Shown: one piece after another, positions 55,797 to 64,000 of the stretch | Layout of the letters: the number at the start of each line of letters is the position of its first letter | Position numbering within the stretch: the first letter of the stretch is position 1 | Assembly (NCBI RefSeq): GCF_009914755.1 | Contig: NC_060930.1 | Length of the DNA: 64,000 nucleotides | Direction: 5' to 3' (one strand) | Source: the human T2T-CHM13v2.0 reference genome, Homo sapiens | The notes under the pieces: model-generated | What the model saw: only the letters and a program-made list of their open reading frames with translations | What the model was told of the DNA's origin: nothing | Databases searched by the model: none | Position numbers and translations under genes: made by a program

Positions 55797-58700
55797 GTTT
55801 TTTAATTTTATTTTAAGTTACATTGTATATGTGCAGAATGGGCAGGTTTGTTGCATAGTTAAACTTGTGCCATGGTGGTTTCCTGCATCTATCAACCCAT
55901 CACCTAAGTATTAAGCCCAGCATGTATTCGTTATTTTTCCTGGTGCTCTCCCTCTCCCAGCCTCCCCAACAGGCTCTAGCATGTGCTGTTTTTCTCCCTG
56001 TGTTCATATGTTCTCATTGTTCATCTCCCGTTTATAAGTGAGAACATGCAGTGTTTTGTTTTCTGTTCCTGTGTTAGTTTGTTGAGGACAATGACTTCCT
56101 GCTCCAACCATGTTGCTGCAAAGGATATGATCTCGTTCCTTTTTATGGCTGCATAGTATTCCATGGTGTTTATGTACCACATTTTCTTTATACAGTCTAT
56201 CATTGATGGGCATTTGGGTTGATTCCATGTCTTTGCTATTGTGAATCGTGCTGCAGTGAACATATGCTTGCATGTATCTTCGTAATAAAATGATTTATAT
56301 ATTTTTAAGATATGCCCAGTAATGAAATTGCTGGATCAAATGGTATTTCTGCCTCTAGGTATTTGAGGAATTGCCACACTGTCTTCCACAATGGGTGAGC
56401 TAATTTACATTCCTCCCAAGAGTGTAAAAGTGTTCCTATTTCTTCATAGCCTTGCAGCATCTGTTGTTTCTCGACTTTTTAATAATTGCCATTCTGACTG
56501 GCATGAGATGGTATTTCATTGTGGTTTTCATTTGTATTTTTCGAGTGATCAGTGATGTTGAGCTTTCTTTCATATGTTTGTTGCCACATAAATGGCTTCT
56601 TTTGAGAAGTGTCTATTCATGTCCTTTACTCATTTTAATGTGATTGTTTGGTTTTTTTCTTGTAACTTTGTTTAATTTCCTTGTAAACACTGGATATTAG
56701 ACATTTGTCAGATGGATAGATTGCAAAAATTTTCTCCCTTTCTCTAGGTTGTCTGTTCTCTCTGATGATAGTTTCTTTTGCCATGCAGAAACTCTTTAGT
56801 TTAATTAGGTCACATTTGTCAATTTTCGCTTTTGTTACAATTGTTTTTAACATTTTCATCATGAAATTTTTGTCCATGCCTATGTCCTGAATGGTACTGC
56901 TTAGATTTTCTTCTAGGGTTTTTATTGTTTGGGGCTTTACATTGAAGTCTTTAATCCATCTTGAATTAACTTTTCTATAAGCTATAAGGAAGGGGCCCAG
57001 GTTCAATTTTCTGCATATGGCTAGCCAGTTCTCCCAGCACCATTTATTACACAGCAAATCCTTTCCCCATTGCTTGTTTTTGTCAGGTTTGTCAAAATCA
57101 GATGGTTGTAGTATATGGTCTTATTTCTGAGTTCTCTATTCTGTTCCATTGGTTTATGTGTCTGTTTTTGTACCAGGACCATGCTGTTTTTCTTACTGTA
57201 TACAGTATCGTTTGAAGTTGGGTAGCATGATGACTTCGGCTTTATTCTTTTTGCTTAGGATTGTCATGGCTATATGAGCTCTTTTTTGATTTCATATGAA
57301 TTTTTAAATTGTTTCATGTAATTCTGTGAAGAATGTCAATGGTAGTTTAGCGGGAATAGCATTGGTTCTATAAATTACTTTGGGAAGTATGGTCATTTTC
57401 ACAATATTGATTCTTTTTATCAGTGAGCATGGAATGTTTTTCTATTTGTTTGTGTCTTCTCTGGTTCTTTTGAGTGGTGGTTCGTAGTTCTCCTTGAAGA
57501 GGTCTTTCACTTTCCTTGTTAGCTGTATTCTTAGATATTTTATTCTCTTTGTAGCTATTGTGAATGGGATTTCATTCAAGATTTGGCTCTCTGCTTGTCT
57601 GTTGTTGGTGAGTAGGGATGCTTGGAATTTTTGCATGTTGATTTTGTATTCTGAGACTTTGCTGAAGTTGTTTATCAGCTTAAGAAGCTTTTGGGCTGAG
57701 ACGATGGTGTTTTCTAGATATAGGATCATGTCATCTGCAAACAAAGACAATTTGACTTCCTCTCTTCCTATTTGAATACTTTTTATTTCTTTCTCTTTTC
57801 TGATTGCCGTAGCCAGAACTTCCAGTACTATGTTGAATAAGAATGAAGAGAGAGGTCATCCTGGTGCCTGTATTCAAGAGGAATGCTTCCAGCTTTTGCC
57901 CACTCAGTATGATGTTGGCTGTGGGTTTGTCATATAAGACTCTTATTTTTTTTGAGATATATTCCTTTAATACCTAAAACTGTTTATCGACAGTTTTTAA
58001 CATCAAGGGATGTTGAATTTTATTGAAGGCCTTTTCTTCATCTATTGAGATAATCATGTGGTTTTTGTCTTTAGTTCTGATTATGTGATGAATTACATTT
58101 ATTGATTTGTGTATGTTGAACCAGACTTGCATCCCAGGGCTGAAGCCAACTTGATCATGGTGGATAAGTTTTTTGATGTGCTGCTGGAATCAGTTTGCCA
58201 GTATTTTATTGAGGATTTTTGCATCAGTGTTCATCAGGGATATTGGCCTGAAGTTTTTTGTTGTTGTTGTTGTATCTCTACCAGGTTTTGGTAAGAGGAT
58301 GACACTGGCCTCATCAAATTAATTAGGGAGAAGTCCCTCCTTTCCAACTGTTTGGAATAGTTTCAGTGAAATGGCACCAGCTCCACTTTGTACCTCTGGC
58401 AGAATTCAGCTGTAAACCCATCTGGTCTTGGGCTTTTTTTTGTTTGGTAGGCTATTCCTGTGTCCAGGAACTTATCCATTTCTTCTAGATTTTCTGTTTA
58501 TTTGCATAGAAGTGTTCATAATATTCTCTGATGGTTATTTGTATTTTTGTGGGGCCAGTGATGTTATCCCCTTTATAATTTTTTATTGTGTCTATTTTAT
58601 TTTTCTCTCTTCTTTGTCAGTCTAGCTAGAGGTCTATTTATTAATTTTTTCAAAAAAAAACAGCTTCTGGATTCATTGATTTTTTTTGCAGGGCTTTTCA

Positions 58701-61700
58701 TGTCTCTATCTTCTTCAGTTCCACTCTGATCTTGGTTATTTCTTGCCTACTGCTAGCTTTGGGGTTTGTTTGCTCTTGGCCATCTAAGTTCTTTTAGTTG
58801 TGATGTTAGGATGTTGATTTGAGATCTTTCTTGCTTTTTGATGTAGGCATTTTAGTGCTATAAATTTCCCGCTTAACACTGCTTTAGTTGCATCCCAGAG
58901 ATTCTGGTACATCATTTGTTCTCATTAGTTTCAAAAACACTTCTTGTTTTCTGCCTTAATTTCATTACTTATCCAGGAGTCATTCAGGAGCAGGTTGTTC
59001 AATTGCCATGTAGTTGTGTGATTTTGAGTGAGTTTCTTAATCTTGAGTTCTAATTGGATTACACTGTAGTCTGAGACACTGTTATGATTTCAGTTCTTTT
59101 TGCATTTGCTCAGGATTGTTTTACTTTCAACCGTGTGATTGATTTTGGAGTAAGTCCCATGTGGCACCAAGAAGAATGTATATTCTGTTGTTTTTGGGTG
59201 GAGAGTTCTGTAGATACCTATCAGGTTCATCTGATCCAGAGCTGAGTTCAGGTCCTCAATATCTTTGGTAATTTTATGTCTTGATGATCGGTCTAATATT
59301 GACAGTGGGGTGTTAAAGTCTCTCACTTTTATTGTGTGGGAGGCTAGCCTCTTTGTAGATCTCTAAGAACTTGCTTTATGAATCTGGGTGCTCCTGTATT
59401 AGGTGCATGTATATTTAAGATAGTTAGCTCTTCTTGTTGAATTGAACACTTTACCATTATGTAATTCCCTTCTTTGTCTTTTTTGATCTTTGTTGGTTTA
59501 AAATCTGTTTTGTCAGAAACTAGGATTGCTAACCCCTGTGTTTTCTGCTTTCCATTTGCTTGGTAAATTTTCCTCCATCCCTTTGTGTCTTTGCATGTGA
59601 GATGGATCTCTTGAATACAGCACACCATTGGGTCTTGACTCTATCCAGCTTGCCATTCTGTGTCTTTTAATTGGGGCATTTATCCCTTTTACAATTAAGG
59701 TTAATATTGTTAAGTGTAAATTTGATCCCATCATCATAATACTAGCTTGTTATTTTGTAGACACGTTACTGTAGTTGCTTCATAGTGTCAGTGGTCTTTG
59801 TACTTCAGTATGTTTTTGTAGTGGCCGGTAATAGTTTTTCCTTTCTGTATTTAATACTTCCTTCAGGAGCTCTTGCAAGACAGACCTGTTGGTAGTGAAT
59901 TCCCTCAGCATTTGCTTGTCTGAAAAGGATTTTATTTCTCTTTCACTTATGAAGCTTAGTTTGGCCAGATACAAAATTCTCGGTTATAAATTCTTTTCTT
60001 TAAGATTGCTGAATATTGGTCCCCATTCTCTTCTGGCTTGTAGGGTTACCACTGAGGGGTCCACTGTTAGTCTGATGGGCTTCCCTTTGTATTGAGTCAG
60101 TGCAAAATAACTGCAGTTTTTGCTATTTAAAAGTAATGTCATTACTTTAAAATGGCAAATTTTAAAATGTCACTACTTTTAAATGGGAAAATATGCAGTT
60201 TCTTTTGCACCAACCTAATAGATGACCTGGCCTTTCTCTCTGGCTGCACTTAACATTTTTTATTCCATTTTTACCTTGGAGAATCTGATGATTATGTGTC
60301 TTGGGTTGATCTTCTCATGGAGTATCTTACTGAGTTTCTCTGGATTTCCTGAATTTGAATGTTGGCCTGTCTTGCTAGGTTGGGAAAGTCCTCCTGGAAG
60401 ATATCCTGAAGTATGTTTTCCAACCTGGTTTCATTCTCCCCATCTCTTTCAGGTACCTCAATCAGTCATAGGTTTGGTCTTTTTACATGATCCCATAGCT
60501 TTTGGAGTTTTTTTCTTTCTTTTTCATTCTTTTTTCTCTAATCTTGTCTGCCTGTCTTATTTCAGCAAGATAGTCTTCAAGCTCTGAAATTCTTTTCTCC
60601 ACTTAGTATATTGATACTTGTGATGGCATTTTGAAGTTCTCATGTTGTGTTTTTCAGCTCCACCAGGTCATTTATGTTCCTCTCTAAACTGGTTATTCTG
60701 GTTAACACCTTCTGTAATGTTTTGTCATGGTTATTAGCTTCTTTGTATTGCGTTAGAACATACCCCTTTAGATCAGCCAAGTTCATTATTACCCACCTTC
60801 TGAAGCCTTCTTCTGTGATCAATTCATCCATCTCAGCCTCAACCCAGTTCTGTGCCCTTGCTGCAGATATGTTGCTATCATTTGGAGGAGAAGAGGCAGT
60901 CTGGCTGATTGAGTTTTCAGTGTTTTTGCATTGAATCTTTCTCATCTTTGTGGATTTATCTACCTTTGATCTTTGACACTGCTGACCTTTGGATGCAGTT
61001 TTTGTAGGCTCTTTTTTGTTGATGTTGTTGTTGTTGCTTTCTGTTTGTTTCTTTTTCTGTTAACAGTCAGGCCCCTCTTCTGTAGGGCTGCTGCAGTTTT
61101 CTGGGGTCCACTCCAGACCCTATTCCCCTGGGTCCCACCCCCCCAACCTGTAGGTGTCACCAGTGGAGTCTGAAGAACAGCAAAAATAGCTGCCTGCTCT
61201 TTCCTCTGGGAGCTCCATCCCAGAGGGGCACTGACCTGATTCCCACCAAAATGCTCCTGTATATGGTGTCTGGCATACCCTGTTGTGAGGTCTTACCCAG
61301 TGAGGAGGCACAGGATCAGTGATCCACTTAAAAAATCAGTCTGGCTGCCCCCTGGTGGAGTAGGTGCGCTGCACTGTGGGGAATACCCCTCATCTTGGCT
61401 GCCCGGACTCTTCAAAGCCAGCAGGCAGGAAAGACTAAGTCCATTGAACTGCGGAGACTGCAGCCACCCCTCTTCCCAGGAGCTCCATCCCAGGGAGATC
61501 AGAATTCTGTCCCTAAACCCCTGGCTGGAGTGCTGAAATTCCTATACGGAGGTCCCACGTGGTGAGGAGGGATGGATCCAGGTCCCACCTAAAGAAGCAG
61601 TCTGGCCACAATCTGCACAGCTGCTGTGCTGTGCTGTGGGGAATTCCTACTGATCCAAATCACCCAGTCTCCGGGGGCAGGGGACAATGGCTGACCGAAG

Positions 61701-61860
61701 CAACAGTGATGGCAGTCCCCATTCCTCTCAGAACTCCATCATCTTGGGCAGTCTCCAGCCTGCTGCTGCTGGTCACAACCAGAGCAGCCACCAAGAGTCT
61801 GCACAGCTCTGTAATTGGGACCCAAGGCCCTGGTGACAGGGACTTATGAGGGGATCTCTT
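55797..61860 (-). mobile_element. Near full-length L1PA10-like element, 5' tip missing, no TSD seen
   Basis: 3'UTR ctatcaacccatcacctaagtattaagcccagcat, ORF2 fragments 56021-59737, ORF1 fragments 59780-60945, 5'UTR to 61860. Confidence 0.9.
60092..60218. mobile_element. MADE1 (Hsmar1-derived MITE), expanded to 127 bp
   Basis: TA TSD at 60090-60091 and 60219-60220. TIRs ttgagtcagtgcaaaa... and ...ttttgcaccaacctaa. Interrupts L1 ORF1 at tttgTA|gatgacc. Confidence 0.9.
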
Positions 61861-62134
61861 GCAGTGTGCTTCTTGGCATTATTTACATTTTGATAAGTCA
61901 AGAAAAAGTTTTGGATCTTAATATTAATTGTGAATATACTTGAACTTATTTTTCACCTGCATTCACCTCTTGCAATAAATACCTCTCAGCCTAGACTCTC
62001 CTTCAAACACCAGTCAAGAGAAAAACCACATTATGATTAGACATGCCTTCATGGGTGCTCTTTCGATCATAAAAATCCAAAATTAAAGGGTAGGTTATTA
62101 ATTGAATTTCTATGTTTTGTTTTTAGCTACAAAA

Positions 62135-62216
62135 TGACAAATGCATAGTTATGAAAATCATGTTTGAAGAAATTCTGACAAATGCATAGTTATGAAAATC
62201 ACATTTGAAGAAATTA
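62135..62216. repeat. 41-bp tandem duplication
   Basis: tgacaaatgcatagttatgaaaatca(tg/ca)tttgaagaaatt twice. Confidence 0.95.
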
Positions 62217-62824
62217 TTTTCATTTTTTCTATTTTAGGACAAGAGTAAAGGTTACTGCTACAGGAACTGTCATCAGTAGTACTTTCTCACATCTCCCTTG
62301 CTCTTTGCTTTGTCAAATGGGATTGAGTGTAGAAAAGGTACTTTGCAACAAATGGGGAGTTGGTTGTTCAGTTGCATTCTTCTTTTCCCTGGTGGCTACT
62401 TACCATCTGGCAGGTACTCCTGTTGGTGTTGGCTAGGCTCATCTTCCTCAGAGTGGCTGGAAATGTACAACCTGTTACTAAGTGACTGCCAGTAAATAAG
62501 GAACTTCTCTCATTTCCCATTCTGCTTTGGTTGCCAAATGAATACATTACTTTAATATCTAAAAGCCTTTACCAGCTGCTGGGTTCTATTATTTCCCATT
62601 GTGATTACCTGAACTTCCCAGCTCCCATATTGTTCTGCCATTTTCACAGTGGGGTCCCCAGAGACGCTGCACAAAAATCTCAGAACTATTGCCTCTGAAG
62701 CTTTATGAAGCCAAAGCAGTCCAATTTTCCATAGTCCACAAACTACAACATCCTGGCAAACTGGCCTCTCATCCAAAGGTTTTTCTTCCCAGTAAGTTTT
62801 GTAACACTCCCTAATGCTCTTCTT

Positions 62825-63550
62825 GTTGATTTTTAATTTGACAAATAACACTGTATGTATTTATCATGTACAACATGATGTTTCAAGGTATATATGCATC
62901 CTGGAATGCTTAACTCTTGCTAATTAACAAATACATTACCTCACACAGTTACCAATTTTGCGGTGAGAACATTCAACATTCACTCTCTTTGTCTTTTTCA
63001 AGAATACAATTTATCATCATTACTTTGGTTACCCTGCTGTACAATAGATCTCTTGAATGTATTCCTCCTATCTACCTGTAATTATGTATACTTGGACTAA
63101 CCCCCCTCCTCACCACCAGCCTCTCATAACCCACTACTGTACTCTCTACTTCTATGAGATTGACTTTTTTAGATTCCACTCATGAATGAGATCAGGCAGT
63201 GTTTATCTTTCTGTGCCTGGCTTATTTCACTTAATATAATGTCATTTAGATACATCCATCTTGTCACAAATGACAGAATTTCATTTTTTAATGGCTGAAT
63301 ATGGTAATCATTGTGTATATGCCACATTTTCTTAATCCATTCATCCACTGATGGACATTTAGGTTGATTTCATATCTTGGCTTTTGTAAACAAAGCTGCA
63401 ATAAACATGGCAGTGCAGATAACTCTTTGACATACTGATTGCACATCTTTTGCATATATACCCATTAGTGGAATTGCTGGATCATATGGTAGTTCTATTT
63501 TTAGTTTTGTGAGGAACCTCGATACTGTTTTCCTTAATGGCTATACTAAT
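62825..63550 (-). mobile_element. L1MA (L1MA6/7-like) truncated 3' end
   Basis: atgtacaacatgatg...ctaattaacaaatacattacctcaca, with degenerate TSD ctaatgctcttctt (62811) and ctaatgcttttgtt (63551). Confidence 0.85.
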
Positions 63551-64000
63551 CTAATGCTTTTGTTTTCTTTACTTCACAATTCAGGTCTTTGGATAAGGAT
63601 ATTCTTCAATTTACACAGCCGATTAGTTACATAAGGTGTGGAAATCAGGTTTTTTAAAATTGACATATATGTTGACTCTACTAGGGACAGTTATTGTGTA
63701 AAAGAACATTGTTAGAATTCTTTGATAAGCCAATTCTTTTGCGTATCAAATGACCACACCTAATTTACATATGTGAAAAACAAAATGCTCATGTATCGCA
63801 TGTGCTTAAATACTGAGTACACCATAAAAGATGTTTACATTACAATGTCTCATTTCACAGCATAGTCACTATTAATTTCTATTGTTTGGAAGTCCTTTTG
63901 CTTATTTTCTTTTTACTTGTTTTTGAAGTAAGACATCAATAAACCACAGGCATAGATTTCTTTTTCCAGAAATATCAGTGATGAACAGCAGTGTTAATAT

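Overview
Great-ape (human-like) genomic DNA made almost entirely of transposon sequence, with no recognisable cellular protein-coding gene. The centrepiece is a nested block at 14290-37813. A full-length L1PB with a 16-bp TSD hosts a solo LTR12, a full-length L1PA3/PA2, a complete decayed ERV9 provirus and a 72-bp patch copied from a nearby MaLR LTR. Also present are two 5'-inverted (twin-primed) young L1s, a full-length L1PA4/5, a near-full L1PA10-like element with an expanded MADE1, and many older L1M, MaLR, MIR and Tigger remnants. The most notable unexplained signals all point to DNA-level sequence exchange between repeats. (1) The solo LTR12 is an inverted sibling of the proviral 3' LTR rather than of its 5' LTR, and lacks a TSD. 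(2) The 72-bp patch looks like a locus-templated repair insertion. (3) L1 copies of different ages share the same apparently derived substitutions. One candidate 78-nt frame-symmetric + strand exon lies in unique sequence. Subfamily names and consensus comparisons are from recall, not from a database search.
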